Source: Paraspadella gotoi
Taxonomy: Eukaryota; Animalia; Chaetognatha
Length of the DNA stretch: 64,000 bases
NCBI GenBank assembly: GCA_051294375.1
Contig: CM119268.1
Location: forward strand, 6,799,731-6,863,730
Direction of reading: 5' to 3'
Below, one piece after another: positions 27,167-41,584 of the stretch. Position numbers and translations under genes: made by a program. The notes under the pieces are model-generated. The model was not told the DNA's origin, ran no database searches, and saw nothing but the letters and a program-made list of their open reading frames with translations. Every line of letters starts with the position of its first letter. Within the stretch, counting starts at the first letter, position 1.

Positions 27167-27523
27167 TTCCGTTGTTCTTCTGTTTAGTAGTTAAACTAAA
27201 CTTTCCGAGTCTAGCACTCTCTCTGTCTCTCGCTATGTTTATCGAATTAAAAATATAACAAACTTATTAACGTATCATTTCGATTTTTTTTTAATTTATA
27301 AAAAAAAAAAAAACACATTAATTTTAACATCGAAGGCTTACAAAATATTAGGCAACACGTATCTGTACATATTTTCGCTGGAACTTATGCTTGAAGAAAC
27401 CATATTTTTTTAAAATTTTTCAATAATTTAAGAATTCGTATTTTTTTTAAGGGCATATAGGATTTAGTTCATTTAAATTTATAAAAAAAAATAAAATAAA
27501 ATCAAAACGAAACAATATCCACC

Positions 27524-29494
27524 ATGAAGAGATTCAATGATGATAGTAGAATAGCTATCACAATAATTTAGCACCGACAGGGGGATTCAATCAAATTCCA
27601 GCATCCAAACTTCATCGCGATTCAAATATAAAATATTCGGCGAAATTTTTCGAGGGAATTTTTGTTGTTGTTGAAAGAATAAACATCGTATATGAACGAA
27701 TAATGATGTGAATATAAAAAAGAACAACGGATCGGCGAAACGAACGACAGATGTCGCTTTATTCAACATAACGTCGCTACAGTCGCATCGAAAGGCAAAT
27801 GCCATCTCTACTGCAAATACAATGTGGCGCCAACGACGCCGAATAATTTATCGCCAACGTCAATTACGCCACGTCATCAGACTCTGGCGGCTACGATCAT
27901 CGATCCAGCGTCAACGACAACGTGTCGCTACGCCAACGTCAACTCATGACGCTCGCGCAGGGCCACTACGCCTGCGTCAACGTCTCGAAGCCCAGCGTCG
28001 CAACTGCGACGAGGATCCACGTTTCCGGCGCAACCGCGCCGGACGACGCCGGAGCGGCCGCTTCTCATTTTTTCGGCGCCGGTTGATCTTCGTAGTCGAG
28101 GTCAAATCTTGGGCAGGCGAGATCTCGGGGCGCGAAGTTGAGCCAAAAGTTTCTCTCTGTAAAGAAAGTGTGGGTAGTACCAGTGAAAATATATTTTTAA
28201 TTGAAATTTTTTGCAAACGCAGAAAGGATTGGTTTAGGTGTTGCTATGAGAGAGCTTATGCAACGGGTGTGTATGAGAAAAGCCTCCCGGCGGATAGTTA
28301 GATACAGAAGTGAATTTAGTATTTGAGTGAGAATGAAGATTTTTGTAAGACAAAGAAACGGATCTGAGAGAAGGACTGGCTGATTGGTGAATTGATTGAT
28401 TGATTGGATTTACTCCGAATTCGATGTTGCCTTGGCTAAATAGTTCGATGAAGATATCTCCAGTATGATCACGAAAATAGTTTTTCAGTCTCCAACTAAT
28501 GAAATTGGTAAAAACAGACATGAATATTATACCATTTATTAATATATTGGATAATTATATTATTAATAAGCTATCGTGATCTGATCAAGCTAACGTGGAT
28601 AAGCTCTCAATCTCTCTTACAATGATATAACTTGTCAAACCTTGCAAGGTTTTAATTCAGTCTCTCTCCAGAGTACTGCCGTCGGTTATGTTAACTTATA
28701 AAATGCCGAAAAGACAATAATAGAACATTTAATCGGTTAAACAATGTTACGTACATTCAATTTAAACAAGCTATCTTGCTCGTGCTTATGTTTTCAATTT
28801 GTTCTCCCATTCAATTCAACTTAAACCACAACAACATCGCCAACAGATGACAAAAGAATATTGATAACTGATTATTAGGATCGCGACCCCGAATTAAAAA
28901 CTCATTTACTATCTCAAGCCATTAAGTACGTATTTAAACTACAACATAAAATGTTTAAAGAAGATGGAGAGAGATTTTGAGTTTATTTACATATATTGAT
29001 AACCGGAGTGTTTTTAAAAAAGTCAAAAGTGCGCAAAAGTGACGAAAATCTTTTCCGGGTTACAACTATTCCGCAAAAAAAAAAGTTCTATTTTTAGCGG
29101 CAAAACAGGTAAGTATCTTGCAAAAGGTTAAGTTTCGGGTGAGGTTAAACTCCCCCTCCCCCCCAGTTTCGCCCTTCTTTTTCTCTCTCGTCTCATTCTC
29201 TATCTCCCTCACGCGCACAAGACAGGACGCGTCCTACATTTCAACTTTTTAGAATCTTAATATCTTCGACGATTAGAAGTCGTTCAGAGTCGATTTTCGT
29301 TCCCATGGCAACGACGACGACGACGACGAAGACGANNNNNNNNNNNNNNNNNNNNNNNNNNNNNNNNNNNNNNNNNNNNNNNNNNNNNNNNNNNNNNNNN
29401 NNNNNNNNNNNNNNNNNNNNNNNNNNNNNNNNNNNNNNNNNNNNNNNNNNNNNNNNNNNNNNNNNNNNNNNNNNNNNNNNNNNNNNNNNNNNNN

Positions 29495-29527
<33 letters not shown>

Positions 29528-29928
29528 AAACAAACATGGCCGCTACTAGTACTACGACAAAACACCAACTCGAGAAAAGAATTATAAGTTTTATTATGAA
29601 AATGGGGGCTTTTAATGAATTAACTTTTAATGAATTAACTTTTAATGAATTAACTTTTAATGAATTAACTTTTAATGAATTAACTTTTAATGAATTAACT
29701 TTTGACGACGCTGTCAAAAGATTGAAAGGCAACCGGGACGGCGTCAACAAAGTTGACGTCAAAAAACAACTCGTACGACTACGACGCTATTAACGAAAGT
29801 GCCAGCGACAGTCCAATGCACAACGATGCCAATGACGCCAACAATGACGATTTCAAAGACGACTACAACGACAACTGCAACAACAACGACAACAAAAATC
29901 GAAGAAGGAAAAAAAAAAAGATTGAGTG
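27524..29928 (+). CDS. Putative multi-exon gene of unknown function (low complexity, Thr/Pro/Asn-rich); second copy ~35819-38119
   Basis: CCACCATG at 27524 and a long ORF at 27708-28301. A strong donor (aaaacag|gtaagt, ~29108) and a pyrimidine-tract acceptor (..acaagacag|, ~29225) lead into the ORF 29305-29793. Frames are broken by indels and a 159-N gap. No recognisable domain. Confidence 0.3.
29609..29703. repeat. 15-bp tandem repeat (ttttaatgaattaac) x6
   Basis: Directly visible. It encodes (FNELT)n in the plus-strand ORF. About 4 noisy units occur in the other copy near 37834-37900. Confidence 0.9.
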
Positions 29929-30059
29929 AGAGTCTCGCCTCTGACGGTGGAGAGGAAAGAAGGTTTTTCACTTTCACCTAATGACTCCACGACTTTTCGC
30001 ATCTACGTCTCTCTCTCTCTCTCTCTNNNNNNNNNNNNNNNNNNNNNNNNNAAGAGAGA

Positions 30060-30760
30060 GATGCGAGCCTATGAACATTGCTTCGCCAGGGCTTTGACGG
30101 CGATGAACGCCGTCCAAGAAATCGCCCGACGCCCGAAGACTAGAAGTAAAGACGGGAAGAAACGATGCTGCGTCGCGCGCCATGACAGGTAGTGCTGGAC
30201 GTAGAGGACGCGGAGGACGAGAGCGCGTTGGAATCGACGCCGGAAGTCGGTAGGAGTCGGTTGGCGGGCGACGGGAGGCGGCGTCGATTTCCCGGATCGC
30301 AGGAGAAGTCGTTCAATGATTTGTTCAGATTTTTGTGCGTGAGAAGATTTGAGAAAGTAACTGAGGAGGGGCAAGGGGGAGGATGATTAAGAAGATTTAA
30401 TGTTTTATAGATAATGATTTATATAGCATTAATGATGCTAGTTACGTAATTCGGGTGCGGAGCGTGCGAGTGGCGTTTTGGAGGGGGTGACTACACCAGC
30501 GTACGTCACCGGCCCCGATGGCGAGGTCGAGCGAAAGCCAGCACTGTGACGCCCAAGTTTGGTGTGCCCGCGCGAGGGCCCGGGGGGGGAAAAAAGGCGC
30601 CCCTCCCTGCGCCGCACTCGCCGCGCGTTCAGCTAGCGTCAGAGGTTTGGGCGGGCAAGCGGACGCGAATCCATCGCCGCAGCTGGGGTGAGGAGGAGTT
30701 GGCGGAGGGGCAGCCTGGAGGACGGTGAGGAATTGGGAGCGGTAAGGCGCTCGAAAGGGA
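30060..30760 (-). pseudogene. GPCR copy C fragment (TM1-TM3 exons only, frameshifted)
   Basis: Noisy copy of 21930-22570 that starts directly after the 25-N gap at 30027-30051. Confidence 0.65.
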
Positions 30761-31416
30761 AGGGTATGCTCAAAAGGATTTAAAGCAGAAGTTTAAAGGA
30801 TTAATTTAGATGCGCGAGATTAAAATAGATTAGATTTGAGGAAAAGTTAAATTTGAATAGAATTCCCGAATTAATTTTGTTCTCAAAATCGTTGTGATTA
30901 ATTAATTTTTCGTCGGTCAACGTCATTGAAATTAAATATTCGATGAAATCCTTTTATTGAAAATGTTTTTTCAGTTCTTTTCAGGTTTCAAAGGAAAAAA
31001 AGAAGCCCGGCTAAAATGTGTAGGTTTCGCTCTCTTGTTATTGACCCAATAAAAGATAACGTAGTCGTTGGTCGTCCGTCGTCGTGGTTCGTGTGTGTCG
31101 TCGATATCGTCTCCTCGCGAATTTTGTTGTCATAATTTAATTTTTAGGTTTTATTTGTCGTTTTATTAAATGTTAACCTAAATTGAGAGCCAAACCTTTT
31201 TCTTATTAATATATGTTTCATGCTTTGGGATCAATACGACGGTACCATTAAGGAAGGCAATCCTGGGAAGTTATCAGAGTTAACAGAATTCAATCAGTTC
31301 CGTTCAGTTCCATAAAATTTTTTCAAAAACTATGGCTGTCAATTTGTCATCGTCTCTCTCTCTCTCTCTCTTCTCTCTCTTCCTCTATCTCTCTTTCTCT
31401 CTTTCTCTCTCTCTCG

Positions 31417-31471
<55 letters not shown>

Positions 31472-31624
31472 CTATCTCTATCTCTCTCTCTCTCCTCGAC
31501 ACATAGCGCCCGCGGCCCCATTTTTCTCACGATGCCGTTCTCTGTTTTGATGTTTTATTATTTATTAGATATCCTTTGATTGTTTTATGGAAACTTCAGG
31601 GGATGAAATATCGATGATCAAAGA

Positions 31625-31661
<37 letters not shown>

Positions 31662-32218
31662 TCCAACTCCTAACGGCATCCCATAGCGAAAGCTGAAGTA
31701 AGCTTCGTGGAAATAGGCACCAGGTGAAGCAATAGACCTTCGTGAGCTCGAACCTTTATACAGGTTAAAATTTACTACAGTAGAATAGTTTTTTTTTTCA
31801 AATCAATTTGGAATCAACTGGGTTTTTTTAATATAGACGGTAATAAAAAATAGCTGTTCCAATGATACGTGAATTTGAATCCTGTGTTTAAATACATAAA
31901 TCAGTATAGATTATGAATAGGATCACCGAGGAAGAAAAGTAAAGAAAAATTAGTTATAATTTAGAAAAACGATCAATAGCTTAAAAAAAGATCGATGATT
32001 ACGACCAGAAACAAAAGTGTGTTATTGTCTCTCGAGTGGATGATAATTAAATTTAAATTTACAAGGTTCTGGTTGTTGTTAGATGTCAAAGTTGGAATCT
32101 CGAGGGCAATTGTTTTAAGTGGCTGAAGCAACTGATAGCGGTAGAGTTTTCGTATAAATATTAATTTTTTTTCATGTTTGACGTTTGACAATCGGTTTTT
32201 TTATTCTGGCGTCAAAAA

Positions 32219-35200
32219 ATGAAACGTCTTTAGTAATTTCAGTTCTTGTTGGGTAGTGGCGCCATGTGCAGGTAAACATGAAGTTAACCAGAGCAATGAA
32301 AAATCATAGCTTTATCATTGTCATTTGGTACCACATAAAACAGAATCGTACCACTAAAGGAAATTCTGTTAAAACTATTAAAAATATTATCTAGGGAGTG
32401 TCTTTTCATACAATTGGACACATTCTTTGAAAAATTATACCACTTCATTGATAGGGAAGCTCAGGTACTGGTTCTGGGAGTGCATGAAACTGAGAACTGG
32501 TGAGAGAGTCTTGATTGAAAACGTTGGCAGGAACCGTGCCGATGTCATGTGATATTGTAAGAGTGATGGATGCCCTAAACCACCAAAAGCCTGTCAAAGT
32601 TAGGGTCAGGTGCTTATTTCTTAAATGAAAGACTAATTTTTTATATTGTTGTACCAATGTCATTATATACTTTTAAGAAAAAGTGACGAAATTTGAACGT
32701 AGTTTGAAAGGAACAATTTAACAAAATTTTATGGCCTTTATTGGTCACCAGGATGTTGGCCAAAGGACTACGGATCCCGCATCAATCGTGGCATGAACGC
32801 CGGAACATGGGGAGTTCCCTTGGAGGTAAAAAATAAGAATCTTTGTCACCACGATCTTATCAAAATTTACAACTTTCAAACATTTTTTGTTTACCTTTTT
32901 CTGGCAGATATCTTGCAGTAAATGGAAGGCACATTTGCGGCGGAACCCTGGTCAGCTCTCTTGGGTCCTCTGCGCCGCTTCACTGTTCGGTCCTAAAAAC
33001 CCAAGTTCTTAACAAGGTAAACGATGATGATTTTTTGAATTAGGAATTTGGAATTTTGCCTTTATTTTCCATCATATTTGATACATTGCAACCACACGAT
33101 ATTATCCTTAACAAAGACAAGGAATGGGAAATTAATAACATCATTGGTAAACTATTATAGTTGAAATTATTATTCAAAGGCTTGCGGTTTGCTTTAAGTA
33201 AAATGTCCAATTTCGACGGTATGAAAAATTTACGATAACAAAACGTGAACACGAATCAGGTCCGCAAGGGAGAGTGGCACCTGCGCAGCTCAGACGGCAA
33301 AGCGAGGATGAGCATCCAAGTCTCCGAGGTGCACGTCACAACGGCTTCAAATCGCCCGCAACAGTTCCACAGCACGACATCGCTGCTCAGGCTTGTCTAG
33401 AGACGCTAGGATGGGTAAGCGGACGACAGGCGGTGACGAGAATATTTGTTTTGAAAGATTTTCTGAAGTTATTTTTCAATTGACATTAGATTATATATAT
33501 TTGATCTAAAAAGGCGATCCAACCTTCGCTTCTTACTCCTTAAAAATTCTCCAGGCGCCTACGTGGAACGGCCTGCACTCCTCGCCCCCAGGAATTATTC
33601 GCGGCCACACCGACTGCTGGCTGTCAAGGATGGGGTCGTGGTCGGCATCTCCGAACTCTCGCGACACTCTCCAAAAGGTAGGGTCCGGTCATGATATGTT
33701 TAAGTTCTGCTAACGATCTCAACGTCAGGGGAGTCGCAAAGATGTTTCATTGAGTCTCAAAGGCCATGTCTAATGGACATGTTCATTGTCCATTGTCCAC
33801 ATGTCCAGTCTAACCTCGTCAAAATACATTGGTTTTCATCAAACTCATTCCCTGTCCCGTTAATTTTTTCCGCACTACTGCAAATTGATAATGATCTAAA
33901 CAACGAAAAGGCGCTTATTCTTTAAATCCAATCCTTCAGGTTACGGAAAGATTTTGGACAAAATCCGAGATGGACCAGGAATGGGGACGCAACGCGCCGC
34001 CTGACACGTAGCCTTTGGAGAAGTGGGTCGCTGGTCAGCCTGATGGTGAGTCACGAAGCATTAAAGGGGATTTTAACTTGTGGTGGGAATTAGCGCAGTT
34101 CAGAGGGGGCATCTCACAAACATTCATAGAGGCTACTCTCACGGGCGTTTTTTAGTATCGTTAGTAGGATCGAACGCGGGACTCGTCGTTTAGTCCATAT
34201 GAACTGGGTTGCTACCATGCGGGCGTCGGAAGGCTAAGCTGAGGGCAAAGGAGTTTTAAGGCGGTTTTAAATTTAATCCAACTTCAATGTAACTTTTACA
34301 GGCCATTTTGAATTCCTATTATTAAATGATTGGGAAGCTCGAACGCGCAAGTTGTTTTATAACTTTTTGGCAAACATTTTCCGAATTTTTTTCCCCTAAA
34401 AGTAAAAGTTTCATTTTCCCTTCAATCACATTCACCTATTACCCCCTCCCTTAAAATCTCAAGGGCGACAGCTGGCGGCCCCTTGGTTCTGCAACAAACG
34501 GGCGGCGGCTGTCGACGTGCGTCGGCGTCGTCTCTTCGGCCCCGGAGATGCGCGGGAAAACCCGGAGTCTTCAACGCGAAGTTGGGCTTCACCGATTGGA
34601 TCTTCGCGGACGAGCCGTTAGTCGGGGGGGGGGGGAGGGTTGTTTACTTTATTCTCATTGATTTCATTTCGTTATTCGTCATCATTAACATGATAACTCG
34701 CAATTCTTTTCGTTGCTAGGAGGAGAGATTGGCGGCGGGGATGGCGGGGACGGGCGGAGATGGCGGGGTGCGGGAACGGCGGCGACGGCGGCGACGGGTG
34801 GAACTGGCGGCGATCGCGGCGGCGCGGGAAAGGGCGGCGTGTACTTACGCGGACGCACTTGTGGCCCATGAATCTGACTGCTCCAATATTATCAGTAAGA
34901 AGGACACATCATTTGTTTGTTGTGTCGGGCATTGCGTTAGTTCACTAGTTGCCCTATTTGCTGACACCTTGCGTCGTGACCGGTGGACTTATTGATAATA
35001 GCCATCAGCTCATGGACCACTAGTTGGCTGAGTTCAATCCCAACCCGGTACCTAGCCTGCGGGAAGGGTGAGGACGGGCGTAACGGGCATTCGGGGCTGG
35101 AAAACCCTCAAGCCTGGTTCTTTACTGCTAAAGGGACATAGAAAGTTAGGATAATAGTCTTCAGCTCACTTAGCGCCTATCCACAATATTATATCACTTA

Positions 35201-35449
35201 TAAGGTTGATATAAATAAGTATTTTTAAGAAACTAATTCGAGGATTCAGCCTTATTTCAGAGAAAGGCAATGTGTACTAGAAATTCTAAAGTAAAGTCTA
35301 AGTAAGATTAGCATAAAAATAAACGTCCTGCCTCAATTCCGTTCAGATGCAATCGGCCAGGTGTCGGCATCCTGCACCTGGCGCTCCAGGATTGAAGTTC
35401 AACAAGGCGATACGGCAACTGCGATTTGGGCGCAACGTCCCATTGTTAA
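32219..35449 (+). CDS. Chymotrypsin-like protease-CBM14 gene, copy C (frameshifted; raw-read-quality duplicate or pseudogene)
   Basis: Colinear with 23960-27166, with dense 1-nt indels. Confidence 0.7.
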
Positions 35450-38368
35450 TTCGTCTTGTTTTTCTCTGTTTAGTAGTTAAAATAACTTTCCGAGTCTTGC
35501 ACCTCTCTCTGTCTGCTCCCTAATGTTTAATTCGAATTAAAAATATTAACAAACTTATTAATCGTATCATTTCGATTTTTTTTTTAATATTTATAAAAAA
35601 AAAAACACATTAATTATTTTAACCATCGAAGGCTTACAAATATTAGGCTAACACGTATCTGTACATATTTTCGCTGGAATTAATGCTTGCAGAAACCATA
35701 GTTTTTTAAAAATTTCAATAATTTAGATTTCGGTATTTTTTTAAAGGGCAAAATAGGATTTAGTTCATTTAAATTTATAACAAAAATAAAATCAAATCAA
35801 AAAGAAACAATATCCACCATGAAGAGATTCAATGATGATAGTAGATAGCTATCAAATAATTTAGCACCGACAGGGGGATTCAACTAAAATTCCAGCATCC
35901 AAACTTCATCGGATTCAAATATAATATCGGCGAAATTTTCGAGGGATTTTTTGTTGTTGTTTGAAAGAATAAACATCTGTATTGAACGAATAATGATGTA
36001 CTATAAAAAAGAACAACGGATCGGCGAAAACGAACGACAGATGTCGCTTAATTCACACATAACGTCGCTACAGTCGCATCGAAAGGCAAATGTCCATCTC
36101 TACTGCAATACATGTGGCGGCCACCACGACGCCGAATAATTTATCGCCAACGTCAATTACGCCTACGTCATCACGCCAAGCTCTGGCGGCTACGATTCAT
36201 CGATCCAGCGTCACGACAACGTGTCCGCTACGGCCAACGTCAACTCATGACGCTCGCGACAGGGCCACTACGCCTGCGTCAACGCTCGAAAGCCCAGCGT
36301 CGCAACTGCGACGAGGATCCACGTTTCCGGCGCGAACCGCGCCGTGACGACGCCCGGAGCGGGCCGCTTCTCATTTTTCGGCGCGGTTGGATCTTCGTAG
36401 TCGAGGTCAAATCTTGGGCAGGCGAGATCTCGGGGCGCGTAAGTTGAGCCAAAAGTTTCTCTCGATAAAGAAAGTGTGGTAGTACCAGTGAAAATATATT
36501 TTTAAAATTGAATTTTTGCAAACGCAGAAAGGATTGGTTTGGATTGGTTGTTGCACTGAAGAAGAAGACTTATATCGCAACGGGTAGTGTTTATTGAAGA
36601 AAAGTCCCTGGCCGGAATAGTATTAGAAAAGAAGGAAGTTTAGTAGAGCTCGAGAACTCGAGAGTGTATAAAAAGGAACGGATCTCGGGAGAGGGAAGGG
36701 GAAGAGGAGGCTGAGGATCGAGATTGATTGATTGATTGATTTATCATTCGATGTTGCCTTGGCTAAAGTAGTTCGATGAGAATGTCCTAGTATGATCACG
36801 AAAATAGTTTTTCAGTCTCTCAATCTAATGAAATTGGTAAAAACAGACATGAATATTATACCATTTATTAATATTTGGATATTATATTATTATAAGCTAT
36901 CGTGATCTGATCAGTAACGTGGACTAAGCTCTCATCTCTCTTTACAATGATATAACTTGTCATAACTTGCAAGGTTTTAATTCAGTCTCTCTCCAGAGTA
37001 CTGCCGTCGGTTAGTTAACTTATACAAAATGCGAAAAAGACAATAAAAACATTTAATCGGTTAAACAATGTTACGTACATTCAATTTAAACAAGCTATCT
37101 TGCTCGTGCTTAATTGTTTTCAATTGTTCTCACCATTCCAAATCAACGCTTAACCATTCAACAACAGCACGAACGAGAGCAATAGAATATTGAATACTGA
37201 TTATTGGATCGCGACCCGAATTAAAAATCATTTACTATCTCAAGCCATTAAGTACGTATTTAAACTACAATCATAAAAATGTTTAAAGAAAGATGGAGAA
37301 GAAGATTTTGATTTATTTAGACATATATTGATACGGGAGTGTTTTTAAAAAAGTCAAAAGTGCCCAAAAGTGAACGAAAAATCTTTTCGGGTTACACTAT
37401 TCCGCAAAAAAAAAAAGTTTCTATTTTTAGCGCAAAGACAGGTAAGTACTTTGGCAAAAGGTTAGTTCGGGTGGAGGTTAAATTCCCCCCCCAGTTTTCG
37501 CCTTCTTTTTTCTCTCTCGTCTATTCTCTATCCTCCCTCACGCGCACAAGACAGGACGCGTCCTACATTTTACTTTTTAGAATCTTATATCTCGACGATT
37601 GAAAGTCGTTCAGAGTCGATTTTCGTTCCATGGCAACGAGACGACGACGACGGAGACGAAGACGACGATGAAGACAGGGCAGGAACTAACGTCGTGGTTA
37701 AAAAATGTCGCGGGAATGAACAGACGACAGCACACGACGGACGACGAAACAAGACATGGCCGGCGTAATCTATAATACGAACAGAAACGCCAACTCAGAA
37801 AAGGAATTAGTAGTTTTTTATGAAAATGGGGGCTTTTAGATGAATTTAAGCTTTTAATGAATTAATTTTATGAGTTTAAACTTTTAATGAAATTACTTTT
37901 GACGACGCTGTCAAAAGATTGAAAGGCAACCGGGAGAGAGTGTGACGTCAAAACAACTCGTACGACTACGACGCTATTAAACGAAAGTGCCAGCTGACAG
38001 TCCAATGCACAACGATGCAATGACGCCAACAATGACGATTTCAAGACGACTACAACGACACTGCAGACAACAAAGAAACAAAAAATGCGAAGAAAGGAAA
38101 AAAAAAAAAGATTGAGTGAAGAGTCTCGCCTCTGACGGTGGAGAGGAAAGAAGTTTTTCACTTTCACCTAATGACTCCACGACTTTTTCGCATCTACGTT
38201 CTTCTCTCTCTCTCTCTTCTCTCTCTCTCTCCTCTCTCCCTCTTCGTCTCTCATCTCCTCGCTCTCTCTCTTTCTCTTCTCTCTCTCTTTCTCTCCTCTC
38301 TCTCTCTCCTCTCTTTCTATCTCTCTCTCTCTCTCTCATCTTCTCTCTCTTTCTCTCTCTCTCTTTCC

Positions 38369-39634
38369 TCACTCGGGGGCCGAAAGAATCACTGTGCCGC
38401 GTCTATCCCCGGCGCGAACATTATCGACCGTTCCTCGACGCGTTCTCGCTTCACACTGTGCGACGAGCGACGAACGCACAAATGCTCATGATTGCGCGAC
38501 CTTGCGGCCGTTCAAGTACATTGCCACGATTTCGCTAATGCGGCTTTAGAGATTTTTTATTTTTATTGTCAAATGAAGGAGTAAAAAAAGACAACAGCTA
38601 CGGAAAAGTAAGTTCTGGGTAAGTATAACAGTTACACGTGCGTTAGTTAGTTCTGAATAAGTAGGCGAAGGACGATTTTCACCAGCGATGTGCACTTACC
38701 CCATTGCCACGCCCACCTTACCCGATTGTTCCTTACCTGAGTCTCGGCGGGCTGTCGCACTTGAGGACGGTCATCGCCCGCGTGAAAGACGTGACCTCCT
38801 TGAAGTTGCCCGTCGACTCTCGCCGCATCCACTCGATGCGGCAGTCGCAGCTCCAGGGGTTGTCGATGAGATCCAACCACCCGTCACGGGATTCGATGCC
38901 TGCGGAAGATGGGAACGGGGTCGAGGGGGGCGGGGAGGGGGGGAGGAGGGGAATAGGGGAAGGGGATACGGGAAGGGGATAGGGGAAGAGGATAGGGATG
39001 CAGGGATTGAGGGTAGGGGATGAAGAATGGATCATGGCAATGCAGCTGAATGAGTAGGGAATTTGGGGAAAGAAATTGGGTCAAAACAGGTCGAACTTTA
39101 ATGATATTTTGAAAAAAAAAAAAATTATTTTCTGACTAATGAGTCCGTTTTTTTAAATTAATTCGTATCTATTTTTGGTTCGTTGTTTTTTTGCCATTTT
39201 GAAAGCGGAAGGCCGACTTAAAATGAAGTGGAAATGAAGTACTACAGGTTCTTTTTAGGGATTTCCTCATTTTTAATATTGTCAAAAAAAGAAGATTTTT
39301 TTTGTTATATGAAAACGTAAATAGAAAAAAAGGAATGGAAGGGAAAATCCATTGTTTGCGACTCTGGCAGAGACGAAGGAGACGAAAATCGCAAACGATT
39401 TCTTCGGAATAAATGAAATAAAGTTGAAAAACAAAATGGCGACGCGAAACGAAGGAAGAGAAACAAAACAAAAAAAAACAAACAAAGAAAAGTCTGTCGG
39501 GTGTGAAAAATGTTGGCACAGATGGAAAGTAAAAAGAAATGTATGGAGAAATGAAATTGAAAAAAAAAATATTAAGAAGCACTGAAGTAAGTTAACTAAA
39601 GACAGATGGTGCGAACGAAAGAGAGAGAAAGGAG

Positions 39635-39671
<37 letters not shown>

Positions 39672-41548
39672 GAGAGGAGAGATACGAGAGAGAGAGGAGA
39701 GAGAGAGAGAGAGAAAGAATGATGTGCAAACAAAAACAAAAACTAGAGGGAAGAGTCCGACGAAAATAAATAATGGAACGGGCGGAGGGGACAAGGCGGA
39801 AGGAAAGAGGCTGGGGGGAAAGGGGTTTTGGGGGAACAAGGGTGAGGAGAAGAGGAAAGGAGAGGAAAGGTCGAAAGAAAAGAGAAAAGGTCGGAAGGAA
39901 CAAAAAAAAAAAAACCACAAATGAACCAATCAAAGAGCATTTCGAACCGAGAATGAGGCAGACTCTGAGGAGAGAGAGGGATAAAGGTTTGGCGGGAAAA
40001 TGATGTAGAGGAGGACGACGACGACGACGACGACGACGAAGACGACGACGATGAAAGCGATGACGGAGACAAAGATGACGACGACGACGTTGATTACGAC
40101 GAGAAAAACTGCAAAGTTGATGACAAGAAAAATAGACCTTGGCGATGAAGACGACAATGACAATGACAATGACGTCGACGACGACGATGATGACAAGACC
40201 AACGATGGCAACAACGACGAAGACGACAATGACAATGAAAAAGACCTCGACGAAAATGACGACGACGGTGACAACGACGACGACTACGGCTCCTTTTACC
40301 GAATTAGCGTCGTCTTTCTTCGGAATTGCAGACCGGAAAGGAATAACTCAGCCACGAATCGCGTTAATGTTCGCCGCGGAGATGAGCAGTGACGGTGGAA
40401 AGAGATGACGGGGGAAACAGATGGCTGGAGATGGGAAATGAGAGGGGAAACGGTCATGGCTGGATATGGGAAGTGAGAGGGGAAATTGGTGGCTGGAGAT
40501 GGGAATGAAGAGGGGAAGCAGATGGGCTGGAGATGGGATCAGTCGAGAGGGAAATTGTGGCTGGAGATAGGAAAGTTGAAAAGGAAATTGCATGGCTGGA
40601 GTGGGAAATTGAGAGGGGTTAAGAAAAACAGATGGCGGAGATGGAAAGTTGAAAGGGGAAATTGTATGGAGTGGAGATGGGAAGTGAGAGGGGAAGAAGA
40701 TGCAGGAGATGGGAAGTGAGAGGGGAAGAAGATGGCTGGAGATGGAATGAAGAGGGAAACGGATGGCTGATATGGGAAGTCGAAGGGGAACCAGGCATGG
40801 CTGGAGTGGCGTTTCGTGGAGATAGACACCACTGCCAACTGTGTAGCGGGAGGTAAAGCTGGATAAATGGTGCGCGACCATATAGTAATTTGTATGGAGG
40901 GAAACAGATGGCTGGAAGTGAATGAAGTCTCGAAAAGAAAGAAAGGGAAAGGAGAGAATGGAATTGGCTGGAAAGATAAATAATAGCCATTTCTATTCCG
41001 TCATTCTGACCAGCCGAACGGGCTAAGACGTTTGTATGAAAAACATTGCCATATATAAACATTTTTTTATAGGAATGGAAGCCGGCCGTCGTTACGACTT
41101 GTCACTTCTTGAAATCATGAACATTTGAACGCGCGCAGTTAAGCTACGAAGGGTGCCAAAACGCGCGCGCGAATAGAGATTGAGAGAGGTGAGAGAGAGA
41201 GAGCAGAGAGAGTTACAGGCAGCAGAGAGAGAGAGAGAGAGAGAGAAGAGAGCAGATCGGATAGAGGCAGGCCGGAGAGCAGACGAGAGATGAGGAGACG
41301 AGATAGTTACCGGTTGCAGACTCATACACTAATGCCTCGGCTTGGCTGACACCGGGTGCTGTAACCACATTTCCTATTTATTAGAATTATTATTTCGCAA
41401 AATATTTTTTCCCTGACGGGGAACGGATTTACATAAATTTCAAGGGTATAACTTTTTTTTCTTTTCTGGATTAGGAGAGAGGAGAGAGCAGAGAGAGGAG
41501 AGAGAGAGAGAAGAGAGAGTAAGAAGAGTAGGGGGTATAGATGGAACG

Positions 41549-41584
<36 letters not shown>

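Noticed and set aside
16113-35449. Bona fide three-gene protease cluster
   Set aside because: Copies A and C show uniform raw-read-type indels, duplicate neighbouring genes only partially, and C abuts a 25-N gap. Not accepted without read evidence.
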